Assembly (NCBI GenBank): GCA_919902985.1
Contig: CAKKSC010000007.1
Location: 16,749-80,748, forward strand
Direction of reading: 5' to 3'
DNA length: 64,000 bases
Source: Desulfuromonadales bacterium
GTDB lineage: Bacteria; Desulfobacterota; JAENJC01
The position numbers were made by a program, and so were the translations under genes. The notes under the pieces are model-generated. The model saw only the letters and a program-made list of their open reading frames with translations, was not told where the DNA came from and did no database searches. This document shows positions 27,137-37,310 of this stretch, piece by piece; positions within the stretch are counted from its first letter, which is position 1, and each line of letters begins with the position of its first letter.

Positions 27137-29224
27137 ATGGTAAATAGAGTTGAGGTTGAGCTAAGCGGTAAGCCCCTGTCGATAGAGACAGGGAAGATGG
27201 CTAAACAGGCAGACGGATCAGTTATCGTCAGGTATGGCGATACAATGGTAATGGTCACAGCCGTGGCAGCAAAGGCGCCGAGGGAGGGAATAGACTTTTT
27301 CCCACTGACGGTCGACTACCTTGAGAGGACCTATTCTGCGGGTAAGATACCTGGGGGGTTCTTTAAGAGAGAGGGAAGGCCTACTGAAAAGGAGGTACTG
27401 ACATCAAGGTTCATAGATAGGCCATTAAGACCGCTGTTCCCAGAAGGGTTCGCGTGCGAGACACAGATAATTGCCACTGTCCTTTCTTCAGACCTGGAGA
27501 ATAACTCAGACGTTCTTGCAATACTCGGAGCGTCTGCAGCAATAGAAGTGTCGGACATACCTTTTAACGGTCCCATTGCCGGAGTAAGGGTTGCAAGGGT
27601 AAAGGGCAAGCTCGTATGCAATCCCACATTTGCTGAGATAGCGGAGAGTGATATCGAACTGATCGTGGCAGGCTCCAGGGATGCCGTAGTAATGGTGGAG
27701 GGTGGAGCAAACTTTGCATCAGAGGAAGACCTTCTTTCAGCCATACTATTTGCCCATAAGGAGATGCAGGTACTGTTGGACATACAGGATGAACTTCGCG
27801 CCAAAGTAGGAAAGGGCAAAAGAGAGGTTGTTCTTCCCCATGTGGATGAATGCATGGTTCAGAAGATAAAAGAGATCGCGACCAGCCGCATTAAAGAGGC
27901 AGTGACTATATCCAAAAAGCAGGACAGGAAGGGCAGGATTTCTGAGATTGGGAAAGAGGTACTGGAAACCCTGGCTGCCGAATTTCCTGACAGGGAAAAA
28001 CAGATCAAGGCTGTACTTGGAGACATTGAATATCATGCAGTAAGGCAGTTGGCGGTAAAGAACAGGGTCAGGATAGACGGCAGGGGCCTGAAGGACATAA
28101 GACCCATTGCCTGCGAAGTGGGGGTTTTGCCGAGGACACACGGTTCAGGTTTATTCACAAGGGGAGAGACCCAGGCACTCGTTGTTGCAACCCTTGGGAC
28201 ATCAGATGATGAACAGAGGATCGACGCAATTGAGGGAGAGAGGACAAAAGCCTTTATGCTCCACTATAATTTTCCACCGTATTCAACCGGAGAGACGAAG
28301 CCGATGAGGAGTCCGGGAAGAAGAGAGGTTGGTCACGGAGCGCTGGCTGAGAGGGCACTGGCAAAGGTACTTCCCTCTAAGGAAGAGTTCCCATACACCA
28401 TAAGGATTGTCTCAGACATCCTTGAGTCAAACGGATCCTCCTCCATGGCCTCTGTTTGCGGAGGAAGCCTTTCTCTTATGGATGCCGGAGTTCCTGTTAA
28501 GGATTCAGTAGCAGGTATTGCCATGGGCCTTATAAAGGAAGGGGATGAATTCGCAGTCCTCTCAGACATCTTAGGAGATGAGGACCACTTGGGGGACATG
28601 GATTTCAAGGTGACAGGCAGCAAGAACGGCATCACTGCCCTTCAAATGGACATCAAGATAGGTGGAGTCAGCAGGGAGGTGCTCTTCATGGCCCTTGAAC
28701 AGGCCAGGGAGGGAAGGCTCCACATATTGTCAGAGATGGCGAAGTGCATGACCCAGCCAAGGACAAACATTTCCATATATGCGCCGCGGATCATAACTAT
28801 GCAGGTAAAACCTGATAAGGTAAGAGAAGTCATAGGTCCGGGCGGAAAGGTCATAAAGGGCATTATAGAGCAGACAGGTGTAAAGATAGATATAGAGGAC
28901 AGCGGTAAGATAAATATCGCATCCTCCGACTACAAGGCAATTGAGAAGGCCATTGAGATAATAAAGAGCATAACCCAGGAGGTGGAGGTAGGAAAGATAT
29001 ACCTCGGGACAGTCAGGAAGATCATGGACTTCGGGGCATTCGTAGAGGTGCTCCCTGGGACTGACGGACTGGTGCATATATCCCAGCTGGCCCACGAAAG
29101 GGTCCAGAACGTGGCAGATGTCCTCAAGGAAGGGGACAAGGTCATGGTAAAGGTGCTTGAGGTTGACAAGCAGGGTAAGATAAGGCTAAGCAGGAAAGAT
29201 GCATTAGGTCACAGCGAAGGGTAG
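27137..29224 (+). CDS. pnp: polyribonucleotide nucleotidyltransferase (PNPase)
   Basis: Two RNase PH domains, KH and S1 domains. 695 aa. Conserved rpsO-pnp synteny. Confidence 0.95.
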   Translation: MVNRVEVELSGKPLSIETGKMAKQADGSVIVRYGDTMVMVTAVAAKAPREGIDFFPLTVDYLERTYSAGKIPGGFFKREGRPTEKEVLTSRFIDRPLRPLFPEGFACETQIIATVLSSDLENNSDVLAILGASAAIEVSDIPFNGPIAGVRVARVKGKLVCNPTFAEIAESDIELIVAGSRDAVVMVEGGANFASEEDLLSAILFAHKEMQVLLDIQDELRAKVGKGKREVVLPHVDECMVQKIKEIATSRIKEAVTISKKQDRKGRISEIGKEVLETLAAEFPDREKQIKAVLGDIEYHAVRQLAVKNRVRIDGRGLKDIRPIACEVGVLPRTHGSGLFTRGETQALVVATLGTSDDEQRIDAIEGERTKAFMLHYNFPPYSTGETKPMRSPGRREVGHGALAERALAKVLPSKEEFPYTIRIVSDILESNGSSSMASVCGGSLSLMDAGVPVKDSVAGIAMGLIKEGDEFAVLSDILGDEDHLGDMDFKVTGSKNGITALQMDIKIGGVSREVLFMALEQAREGRLHILSEMAKCMTQPRTNISIYAPRIITMQVKPDKVREVIGPGGKVIKGIIEQTGVKIDIEDSGKINIASSDYKAIEKAIEIIKSITQEVEVGKIYLGTVRKIMDFGAFVEVLPGTDGLVHISQLAHERVQNVADVLKEGDKVMVKVLEVDKQGKIRLSRKDALGHSEG

Positions 29225-29253
29225 AGGGCTTAGAAGGAGAATACCGATCCAAG

Positions 29254-29288
29254 AGGCACCTCCAGGGTATTGGAAGGTGCCTTTTGTG
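29254..29288 (+). terminator. stem-loop terminator candidate after pnp
   Basis: AGGCACC(tcc...gga)GGTGCCT followed by TTTTGTG. Weak T-tract. Confidence 0.45.
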
Positions 29289-29313
29289 CTATTGTAGTAA
29301 CGTCGTATAATAT

Positions 29314-29386
29314 TATCCCATCCCCACCTCAATCCTCCCCTTGAAGGCGAGGAAGTCTCCCTCTCCTTCAGGGAGAGGGTGGGTTC
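29314..29386. repeat. poly-C/poly-G tandem hairpin repeat, copy c (nearly identical to copy e)
   Basis: TATCCCATCCCCACCTCAATCCTCCCCTTGAAGGCGAGGAA...CTCCCTCTCCTTCAGGGAGAGGGTGGG. Upstream of the M16 peptidase gene. Confidence 0.7.
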
Positions 29387-29401
29387 AATTAAAGGAGCTT
29401 A

Positions 29402-30661
29402 ATGTACCAGAAAACGGTATTGGATAATGGAGTACGCATCTTAACGGAAGAACTCCCTCATGTGCGTTCTGCGGCCATTGGCATATGGGTCAACGTCGGA
29501 GCCCGTCATGAGGAGAAGAATATAAACGGGATTGCCCACTTCATTGAGCACATGCTTTTTAAGGGGACAAAGAGACGGACTGCTGTGGACATTGCAAAGG
29601 AGATGGATTCAGTCGGAGGGATACTGAATGCATTTACAAACAGGGAGTACACCTGCTTTTATGCAAAGGTCCTGGAGAAGCACATCCCCATGGCTGTAGA
29701 CCTCCTCTCCGATATATTCCTTAATTCTAAATTCGATCCAGAGGAGTTGGAGAAGGAGAGAAAGGTGGTCCTCCAGGAGATCAGCATGGTGGAGGATACC
29801 CCTGATGACTATGTCCATGATTTTTTCAATGAGCTGGTCTGGCCTGATGATTCTTTGGGAAGGCCTGTCCTTGGCACAGTTAAGAGCATAAATTCCCTTT
29901 CAAGAGAGGACATGACCGGATATATGAGGGACAGGTACATAGCTGGAGATGTTATTGTCTCGGCGTCCGGCTCAATAAAACATCATGAGTTGGTTAAGCT
30001 CTTTTCAGATAACGGTTTTGCCTCTTTGAAGCCTCAAGTAAAAAGCAAGGGATATAATACCCCCGGATTTTCCCAGCAAGTTGCGGTTCATAAGAAGAAA
30101 CTTGAGCAGGTGCATCTATGCATGGGGACTAGCTCCATCGAACAGACCAATCCTCTAAGGTACCATAACTTTGTGTTGAATACTGTCCTTGGCGGAGGGA
30201 TGAGTTCCAGGCTGTTTCAGGAGATACGCGAGAAGAGAGGGCTTGCATACTCGGTTTACTCGTACCTGAACACATATTCGGATACGGGATACCTGAGCGT
30301 TTACGTGGGGACAGGAGAGGGCGAGTATAAGCAGGTAATCGGCCTTGTCAGAGATGAGCTTGGGAGGTTAAAGGATAATCTTATTGACACCGAAGAACTC
30401 CAGTCTGCCAAGGAACAGATCAAGGGAAATCTGGTACTGGGCATGGAGAGCACAGACAGCTGGATGACCAAGCTCGCAAAGAATGAGATCTATTTTGGCA
30501 GAGACGTTACTATAGATGAGGTTATGGAGAGTATTGATGCGGTGACTGCCGAAGGGGTGAGAGGGCTTGCGCAGAAGATGTTCACAAGAGATTCCCTGGC
30601 CCTAGCAATAGTGGGCGGGGTTGATAAAGAGGATATACCGGTGGAACTGTTGAAATTATAG
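29402..30661 (+). CDS. M16 family zinc peptidase (insulinase-like)
   Basis: Inverted zinc-binding motif HFIEH...E. 419 aa. Commonly follows pnp. Confidence 0.85.
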   Translation: MYQKTVLDNGVRILTEELPHVRSAAIGIWVNVGARHEEKNINGIAHFIEHMLFKGTKRRTAVDIAKEMDSVGGILNAFTNREYTCFYAKVLEKHIPMAVDLLSDIFLNSKFDPEELEKERKVVLQEISMVEDTPDDYVHDFFNELVWPDDSLGRPVLGTVKSINSLSREDMTGYMRDRYIAGDVIVSASGSIKHHELVKLFSDNGFASLKPQVKSKGYNTPGFSQQVAVHKKKLEQVHLCMGTSSIEQTNPLRYHNFVLNTVLGGGMSSRLFQEIREKRGLAYSVYSYLNTYSDTGYLSVYVGTGEGEYKQVIGLVRDELGRLKDNLIDTEELQSAKEQIKGNLVLGMESTDSWMTKLAKNEIYFGRDVTIDEVMESIDAVTAEGVRGLAQKMFTRDSLALAIVGGVDKEDIPVELLKL

Positions 30662-30742
30662 GTTTGTTCCTCCCCTTGCCAAGGGGAGGCTGGGTGGGGT
30701 AAATCCACCACCCCTGCCCCTCCTTATCAAGGAGGGGATTAT
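30662..30742. repeat. poly-C/poly-G tandem hairpin repeat, copy d
   Basis: CCTCCCCTTgccAAGGGGAGG ... CCCCTCCTTatcAAGGAGGGG. Confidence 0.65.
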
Positions 30743-30763
30743 TTGTGAAAAGGAGTTGTTGAT

Positions 30764-32032
30764 ATGGGAATGACAATTACGGAAAAGATACTTGCAGCTC
30801 ATGCAGGCCTGGAAAGGGTAGAGCCTGGGCAACTTATAAATGCCAGGGTTGATATAGCCCTTGGTAATGATATAACTGCCCCAATAGCCATAAAGGAGTT
30901 CAATAAGGCCGGGGCCACAAAGGTCTTTGACAGGGACAAGGTTGTCCTTGTCCCTGACCATTTCGCGCCGAACAAGGACATCCAGTCCGCAGAGCAGTGC
31001 AAGATGCTCCGGGAGTTTGCCAGGGAACAGGACCTGACCCACTACTATGAGACCGGGGAGATGGGTGTAGAACATGCCCTGTTGCCTGAGCAGGGGGTCG
31101 TCCTTCCCGGAGACCTGGTTATAGGTGCAGATTCCCATACATGTACATATGGCGGACTTGGCGCATTTGCGACCGGGGTCGGCTCTACAGACCTTGCTGC
31201 CGCCATGATAACCGGAGAGGCATGGTTCAAGGTACCAGAGTCGATGAAGTTTATCTTCAAGGGTAAGCTCAATAAATGGGTGGAGGGTAAGGACCTTATA
31301 CTCTACACCATAGGCGATATAGGGGTTGACGGGGCCCTTTACAGGGCGATGGAGATCTGCGGCGAGACGATAGAGGATATGGGGATGGCTGGACGTATGA
31401 CCATAGCCAATATGGCGATAGAAGCAGGGGCCAAAAACGGGATCATTGCCCCGGACAAGATCACCGAGGAGTATGTGAAGTCGAGGGCAAAGAGGACGTA
31501 TAAATTCTATCAAAGCGATCCTGATGCAAAGTATGTAGATGTAAGAGAGTATGACTGCGCAAAGATAGAGCCCCAGATCGCATTCCCTCATCTCCCTGAG
31601 AACACGAAGGGGCTTTCCGAGGCCGTCTCTCTTAATGTGAGAATAGACCAGGCTGTGATAGGTTCCTGCACCAACGGGAGGCTTGAGGACCTGCGGGTTG
31701 CCGCAAATGTTATCAAGGGTCAAAAGGTTCATAAATACGTAAGGCTTCTTGTGATACCTGCAACCCAGTGGATTTACAGGCAGGCAATGAAAGAGGGACT
31801 TTTTGACATATTCCTTGATGCTGGGGCGGCAATAAGCACCCCCACCTGCGGGCCGTGCCTTGGCGGGCATATGGGGATACTGGCAAAGGGTGAGAGGGCG
31901 ATCGCCACCACCAACCGGAACTTTGTCGGGAGGATGGGGCACCCTGAGAGCGAGGTCTACCTTTCAAACCCGGCCATAGCTGCGGCATCAGCAGTTCTAG
32001 GAAGGTTAGCAAGCCCGGACGAGTTGAAATGA
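30764..32032 (+). CDS. leuC: 3-isopropylmalate/homoaconitate dehydratase large subunit (short LeuC/HacA type)
   Basis: Aconitase-family motifs [18 protein letters not shown] and Fe-S cluster cysteines. About 420 aa, as in the archaeal-type large subunit. Confidence 0.75.
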   Translation: MGMTITEKILAAHAGLERVEPGQLINARVDIALGNDITAPIAIKEFNKAGATKVFDRDKVVLVPDHFAPNKDIQSAEQCKMLREFAREQDLTHYYETGEMGVEHALLPEQGVVLPGDLVIGADSHTCTYGGLGAFATGVGSTDLAAAMITGEAWFKVPESMKFIFKGKLNKWVEGKDLILYTIGDIGVDGALYRAMEICGETIEDMGMAGRMTIANMAIEAGAKNGIIAPDKITEEYVKSRAKRTYKFYQSDPDAKYVDVREYDCAKIEPQIAFPHLPENTKGLSEAVSLNVRIDQAVIGSCTNGRLEDLRVAANVIKGQKVHKYVRLLVIPATQWIYRQAMKEGLFDIFLDAGAAISTPTCGPCLGGHMGILAKGERAIATTNRNFVGRMGHPESEVYLSNPAIAAASAVLGRLASPDELK

Positions 32033-32150
32033 ACGAATATATGCCCTTAGACAAGGCTTCGGCGTGAGCTCAGCCGAACGCTCAGGGCGAGCGGCACTCA
32101 ATCCGTGCATGGTGAGCCTGTCGAACCATTATTGCTTTAATTTATTGAGC

Positions 32151-32175
32151 AGGCGGGGGATTCCCCGCCTTTTTG
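32151..32175 (+). terminator. rho-independent terminator
   Basis: AGGCGGGG-gatt-CCCCGCCT followed by TTTTT. Confidence 0.6.
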
Positions 32176-32251
32176 CATTTCACTCTAACATTTTCTCTCA
32201 CCTCAGAGGGAGAGGATCAAGGTGAGGGGTGGTTTAAATTAGGAGGTTTTT

Positions 32252-34633
32252 TTGAAGAGTTTTTTTAATAGAAGATCAGGAAAAAAGGGAAAGATGGGAA
32301 ATTCCCTGAGGTTTTTCCTCGGGTTCATTGCCTTTTTATTTCTTATTATTGCCTCTTTTGGATTCGGGGCATATTTTTATATAATCGGCGCCCTTCCAAA
32401 GCTGGACACACTGAATGATTATCGCCCAAATATAGTATCCACTGTATATTCCGATGATGAAAAGGAAATCGGCGAGTTCTTTCTCGAGAAGAGGGTTGTA
32501 GTTCCATATTCAAGGATACCAAAGGTACTGATAAACGCCTTTGTTGCTGCAGAGGACGGTCGTTTCTTCGAACATAAGGGGATAAGCTTAGTTGCAATAC
32601 TCAGGGCTGCCGTAAAAAATATAGAGGCAGGCGGTGTTGTTCAGGGAGGAAGCACAATAACGCAGCAGGTGGCAAAGGCCATGCTACTTTCACCGGAGAG
32701 GAAGCTTCTTAGAAAGATAAAGGAGGCGATCCTTGCCCACAGGATGGAAAAGAAATTTTCTAAGGAAGATATCCTCTCCCTTTACCTGAATCACATCTAT
32801 CTTGGTGAGGGGGCTTACGGAGTAGAGGCCGCCTCCATGACTTACTACGGCAAGCATGTTGAGGAGATTTCCTTGCCTGAGGCAGCCTTGCTTGCTGGTC
32901 TTACAAGTTCTCCATCAAGACACTCTCCTGTCAGTCACTTCGAGAAGGCCAAGGAAAGACAGGTTTACGTCCTTGAACGGATGCTGGAGGAGGAATATAT
33001 AACTCCGGATGAGCAGAGGAATGCCCTGAATGAAATCCTGATCCTCAGAAAAAAGGAGGACATCAACAGGCCCCTGGCTCCTTATTTTACCGAGCATATT
33101 CGCAGGTATATATCGGAAAAATACGGCGATGATGTCCTTTATCATGACGGCCTCAAGATATTCACCCAACTCAACATAAAGATGCAGGAATCAGCAGAAA
33201 GGGCGGTTATTGAGGGTGTCAAGGAGATAGATAAGAGACAGGGTTTCCGGGGGCCTGCAAAGAGGCTCAAGCCTGAAGAGGCTGATCTTTTTACAAGCAA
33301 GCTTTCGGAGGCCATTCTTAAAAGCCCTCTTGAGGTTGGTAAAAACGTGGAAGGCCTTGTAGAGAAGATTGATAACAAAGGAAAGTTTGTAAGCGTAAGG
33401 ATAGGAGATATAAGGGCGAAATTGGACTTTTTGGAGATGGCGTGGGCTGAGCCCTATATTCCAAAAATCGGCGATCTGCTGCTTGTTCAGGTAAAGAGCA
33501 TACACCCTAAATCCGGCGAAGTCAGGGTGACCCTGGACCAGGAACCGGAGGTGCAGGGCGCCCTGGTCGCCATTGACCCTTATACCGGATATGTAAAGGC
33601 TCTTGTGGGCGGATACGATTATAAGAAGACCGAGTTCAACAGGGTCGTCCAGTCGAGGAGGCAGCCAGGTTCATCATTTAAACCCATAATATATGCTGCT
33701 GCCCTTGATAAGGGGTATACACCTGCAAGCATTATCATGGATTTGCCGGTGATCTTTGAGCAGTCCCTTGAGGGGCAGACGTGGAAGCCAAAGAATTATG
33801 ATGCCGTTTTCCATGGACCTACGACCTTCAGGGAGGCCCTTATCCATTCAAGGAATGTGGTATCAATAAAGATACTGAATGACATAGGTATCGACTATCT
33901 CATGGATTACGCTGCGAGACTTGGTATAACCTCCGCTCTGAACAGGGACCTTTCGCTTGCCTTGGGTTCCAGCGGAGTCTCTCTCCTGGAGCTTACCAGC
34001 GCATACGGAGTCTTTGCCGCTCAAGGTGATAAGGCGGACCCCGTCTTTATCACAAAGATAGTAGACAGGGATGGTAAGGTACTTGAGGAGAATTCCCCTG
34101 TGGTCATCAATGTCCTCAGTAAGGAGACTGCTTATATAATGACAAATCTGATGGAGGGTGTTGTCCAGTCAGGTACGGGCCAGGGGGTGAAGCCCCTTGG
34201 CAGACCGGCTGCCGGAAAGACTGGAACCACCAACGATCTGAGCGATGCCTGGTTTATGGGATATACTCCTGATTTAGTAGCAGGCACATGGGTTGGTTAC
34301 GACCATATGAAACCGCTTGGTAAGGCCGAAACCGGCGGAAGGGCTGCGGCGCCTGTATGGCTCAAGTTCATGCAGGGAGCGGTGGCCGGTACCCCGGTCA
34401 GAGGATTCCCTGTGCCGGAAGATGTTGTTTTTGTCAAGATAGACAAGGAAACAGGACTTCTGGCTACAGCAAAATCAACAGAAACGGTCTTCGAGTGTTT
34501 TAAGGAGGGGACGGCCCCGACAGAATATTCAGATCCAGAGACTCTTCAGGAGACCGATTTCTTCAGGTATGAGGCAGGAACGGAGTCAGGCGATGTGGCG
34601 CCTGTAATGCCCCCCGAGCATGAGCTGGAGTAG
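32252..34633 (+). CDS. mrcA: penicillin-binding protein 1A (bifunctional transglycosylase/transpeptidase)
   Basis: GT51 motifs (EDGRFFEHKGIS, GGSTITQQ). Transpeptidase SSFKP, SRN, KTGT motifs. The track start is a TTG with an AGGAGG RBS; an in-frame ATG at 32294 is an alternative. Confidence 0.9.
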   Translation: MKSFFNRRSGKKGKMGNSLRFFLGFIAFLFLIIASFGFGAYFYIIGALPKLDTLNDYRPNIVSTVYSDDEKEIGEFFLEKRVVVPYSRIPKVLINAFVAAEDGRFFEHKGISLVAILRAAVKNIEAGGVVQGGSTITQQVAKAMLLSPERKLLRKIKEAILAHRMEKKFSKEDILSLYLNHIYLGEGAYGVEAASMTYYGKHVEEISLPEAALLAGLTSSPSRHSPVSHFEKAKERQVYVLERMLEEEYITPDEQRNALNEILILRKKEDINRPLAPYFTEHIRRYISEKYGDDVLYHDGLKIFTQLNIKMQESAERAVIEGVKEIDKRQGFRGPAKRLKPEEADLFTSKLSEAILKSPLEVGKNVEGLVEKIDNKGKFVSVRIGDIRAKLDFLEMAWAEPYIPKIGDLLLVQVKSIHPKSGEVRVTLDQEPEVQGALVAIDPYTGYVKALVGGYDYKKTEFNRVVQSRRQPGSSFKPIIYAAALDKGYTPASIIMDLPVIFEQSLEGQTWKPKNYDAVFHGPTTFREALIHSRNVVSIKILNDIGIDYLMDYAARLGITSALNRDLSLALGSSGVSLLELTSAYGVFAAQGDKADPVFITKIVDRDGKVLEENSPVVINVLSKETAYIMTNLMEGVVQSGTGQGVKPLGRPAAGKTGTTNDLSDAWFMGYTPDLVAGTWVGYDHMKPLGKAETGGRAAAPVWLKFMQGAVAGTPVRGFPVPEDVVFVKIDKETGLLATAKSTETVFECFKEGTAPTEYSDPETLQETDFFRYEAGTESGDVAPVMPPEHELE

Positions 34634-34635
34634 TT

Positions 34636-35355
34636 ATGAAGAAACGTTTCAAAGCCGAAGAGGCCGGTAGATACGATGATGTCATAAGAAGAAGGGTCCC
34701 TTTGTATAATGAGATACAGACCCTTATGGTATCCCTCCTACCATTTTCCAAGAAGGAATATCTGCGGGTGCTTGACCTTGGTTGCGGTACAGGTGGAACC
34801 AGTGTGGCCCTCCTTAAAGAGTTCCCCCTGTCAAGAGTCACTGGTATTGACAGTTCATCGGATATGTTGGCGGTGGCCGCTGCCAAGGTCAAGCAGACTA
34901 CATGGAGGATCAATTTTATCTGTCGGGACATAAAGGAAGTAGGGGCGTATAGCAATACGCCCGTACAAGGGCCGGTGGCCAGTGGTGAGGGTGGGTTCGA
35001 CGCCATAATCTCCGCCTTTTCTCTCCACTTTCTCACTGAAGACGAAAAGAAGGCGCTATTCAGTAAATGCTACGAGGCCTTGAAGCCTGGCGGGATATTC
35101 ATAGATGCGGAGGCAGTAATATCTCCATCCGCAAAGGTTTACCAGTTATATATGGAGAAATGGAAGGAGTTTCAGCGCTCAAACGGTTTCAGCGAAGACG
35201 AGATAGGCGCACATATGCTGAAGTTTGTCAGGGACGTGAAACCTTTAACAGTTGAAAGACAGCTTGGCCTGATGAATGACGCAGGTTTTGCTGATGTTGA
35301 GTGTTACTTTAAATACCTTAACCTGGCGGTGTTTGGGGGATATAAGAATTTGTAA
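34636..35355 (+). CDS. class I SAM-dependent methyltransferase
   Basis: Motif I VLDLGCGTGG. 239 aa. Confidence 0.75.
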   Translation: MKKRFKAEEAGRYDDVIRRRVPLYNEIQTLMVSLLPFSKKEYLRVLDLGCGTGGTSVALLKEFPLSRVTGIDSSSDMLAVAAAKVKQTTWRINFICRDIKEVGAYSNTPVQGPVASGEGGFDAIISAFSLHFLTEDEKKALFSKCYEALKPGGIFIDAEAVISPSAKVYQLYMEKWKEFQRSNGFSEDEIGAHMLKFVRDVKPLTVERQLGLMNDAGFADVECYFKYLNLAVFGGYKNL

Positions 35356-35384
35356 GGGCGAATGGCATACGCCAATTTCTTATA

Positions 35385-35412
35385 TTGACAGTGAGACCGT
35401 AATGGATTAAAT
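35385..35412 (+). promoter_or_regulatory. sigma-70-like promoter TTGACA-16-TTAAAT upstream of the TA-like pair
   Basis: Consensus -35 hexamer and a 16-nt spacer. A CAGGAGG RBS precedes ATG 35440. Confidence 0.45.
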
Positions 35413-35439
35413 TTGCAGCAGTGGAACAGGAGGTGAAAG

Positions 35440-35760
35440 ATGATTACCGCTGAACTTCATAAGAGAGTGGAAAGGATTGCCCATAATGCAGGGATGGAAG
35501 AAGATCTTTTTGTCTTGAAGGCTTCCGTATCCTATCTGACAGAAAAAAAGAGGGCTTATCTGAAAGAGAGATTTGAAATACTCTCCAGGTATGGATCTAT
35601 CTCTGTCGCCGACCTGCAGGCGAAGATTAAGAATGGAATGGTTCCCGAACATCCAGCATGGGAAGACATGATCGAGGTGGAAAATGTTGAAGCTGAGGTC
35701 AGGGAGATGGATGATGCCATTAGAGATTTACAAAAAACTGCGGGGGCTGGCCCTCACTGA
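35440..35760 (+). CDS. hypothetical small acidic protein (candidate antitoxin partner)
   Basis: 106 aa. Overlaps the downstream TumE-like gene. No domain recognised. Confidence 0.4.
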   Translation: MITAELHKRVERIAHNAGMEEDLFVLKASVSYLTEKKRAYLKERFEILSRYGSISVADLQAKIKNGMVPEHPAWEDMIEVENVEAEVREMDDAIRDLQKTAGAGPH

Positions 35761-36097
35761 GTTCAGTGACATTGTTGAAGATAGCGACTTTATAAGATCC
35801 GAGACGGATAGGCCGCGAAAATTGCGTATTTACCTGATTGATGGGACATTTCTGGATATATGGTATTCACAACAAGAACAACATTATTCCTATCACTGGG
35901 AGCGGAAGGATATAAACGGTACGCTTTATAGGCATGACAATGCTCCACACCACCGATGGGCTAACATAAAAACATTTCCTAAACATTTTCATAACGGTTC
36001 CGATGAAAACGTTATTGAAAGCAAACTTCCTGAAGATCCTAAAAAAGCCCTCTCTATCTTTCTATCATTCTGCCGCGAAAAATTATCCGAATTATAA
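35684..36097 (+). CDS. TumE/DUF6516-like toxin-antitoxin family protein (candidate toxin)
   Basis: YRHDNAPHH...FPKHFH segment resembles the R-Y-D-N...H-H-x-H core I recall for TumE-family proteins. Start could be ATG 35711 or 35714. Confidence 0.45.
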   Translation: MLKLRSGRWMMPLEIYKKLRGLALTEFSDIVEDSDFIRSETDRPRKLRIYLIDGTFLDIWYSQQEQHYSYHWERKDINGTLYRHDNAPHHRWANIKTFPKHFHNGSDENVIESKLPEDPKKALSIFLSFCREKLSEL

Positions 36098-36347
36098 ATA
36101 CAATCCAGCTACGAAAAATTTTCATACCTATGCAACAAGTTCAAGGTTGCGACATCGTTTTGGATGCTTAATCTATTGATTTTAAAGGATTATATTAACG
36201 GCACGATGGTTGCATCTTACATTGACAGAGGTTTTTTTGATGAGGATTTTTTGGCTGAAAGAAATTATTATCGCTCTTGCAATATTGTTTGCGGTTACAG
36301 CAATTATATATAAGCTGTATATAGTTCATTATTGAGGGGACCTGGCA

Positions 36348-36833
36348 ATGAAATCTGAAGATGGTTTTACCCTGATTGAACTTCTCATAACGGTTGCCCT
36401 CATAGGCATTCTCGGCGCCATTGCGGTTATGAGCACTCCCCAGATGCTTAATAACTACAGGGTAAAGGGTGCTGCAAGGCAAGTATATTCCGATATGCAA
36501 ATGGCGAGATTAAGGGCGATAAAAGAGGGGAAGCGGTTTGCAGTGGAGTTTACAAGTGCCACTGCCTATTGTGTTAAAAGCGAGGTTAACACTGTTACAA
36601 CCCTTCCAGATGATTTCACCAATGGATGCACAACTGCTAATGATACTATTTTAAAGAATATAGATATTGCAGCAGATTATTCAGGGGTAACATCAAGTTG
36701 TACAAATACCAGAGTGGTATTCAACCCGAATGGAACTGCGGGTGGTTGCGGTAGTAGTTTTACTATATCTAAGGATCTCAAGACTCAAACAATTTCAATC
36801 AATACTGGTACAGGAAATATAAGAATGAATTAG
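36348..36833 (+). CDS. minor pilin, GspH/FimT family
   Basis: Prepilin N-terminus DGFTLIELLITVALIGILGAIAV. 161 aa. Confidence 0.7.
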   Translation: MKSEDGFTLIELLITVALIGILGAIAVMSTPQMLNNYRVKGAARQVYSDMQMARLRAIKEGKRFAVEFTSATAYCVKSEVNTVTTLPDDFTNGCTTANDTILKNIDIAADYSGVTSSCTNTRVVFNPNGTAGGCGSSFTISKDLKTQTISINTGTGNIRMN

Positions 36834-36853
36834 TTTACAAGACAGGGGCTGCT

Positions 36854-37303
36854 ATGAATATTAAAAATCAAAAAGGCTTTACCCTTATTGAGGTACTTAT
36901 ATCCGTATTCCTTCTTTCGGTTGGCCTTCTGGCTGTAGCTGCCATGCAGACAACCGCCATGACGGGGAGCACCTCCTCTAATAACACCACCCTTAGCTCT
37001 CAGCTGGCCGAGGAGATGGTGGACAGGATAAGGGTGAACGGGGGAAGTGCGCCGAATATTTACGGCACTCTTGACACAGCCAACTGCACTGGGCTGGGGC
37101 TGGTTGACCCTGCTCTTGGGGACTGCACCCAGTGGAGGGACAGGTTGCAGAGCTCAGGACTTCCGGGAGTAACCGGGACTGTGACGGTAGTGCCGGACTC
37201 CCCGATTTCAAAGACTGCAACGGTCACCGTAACGGTTACCTGGGGCCTTACTGGAACCAGGAGCACGAGGCTCATTACTATAATAGAGACATGGCTGGCG
37301 TAG
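36854..37303 (+). CDS. pilV: type IV pilus minor pilin PilV
   Basis: KGFTLIEVLISVFLLSVGLLAVAAMQ. Confidence 0.75.
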   Translation: MNIKNQKGFTLIEVLISVFLLSVGLLAVAAMQTTAMTGSTSSNNTTLSSQLAEEMVDRIRVNGGSAPNIYGTLDTANCTGLGLVDPALGDCTQWRDRLQSSGLPGVTGTVTVVPDSPISKTATVTVTVTWGLTGTRSTRLITIIETWLA

Positions 37304-37310
37304 GAGAATA

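Noticed and set aside
30656-31942. 428-aa ORF on the minus strand
   Set aside because: Completely antisense to the well-supported leuC-type aconitase gene (clear aconitase motifs on the + strand). No recognisable domains. Classic antisense ORF in a GC-skewed coding region.
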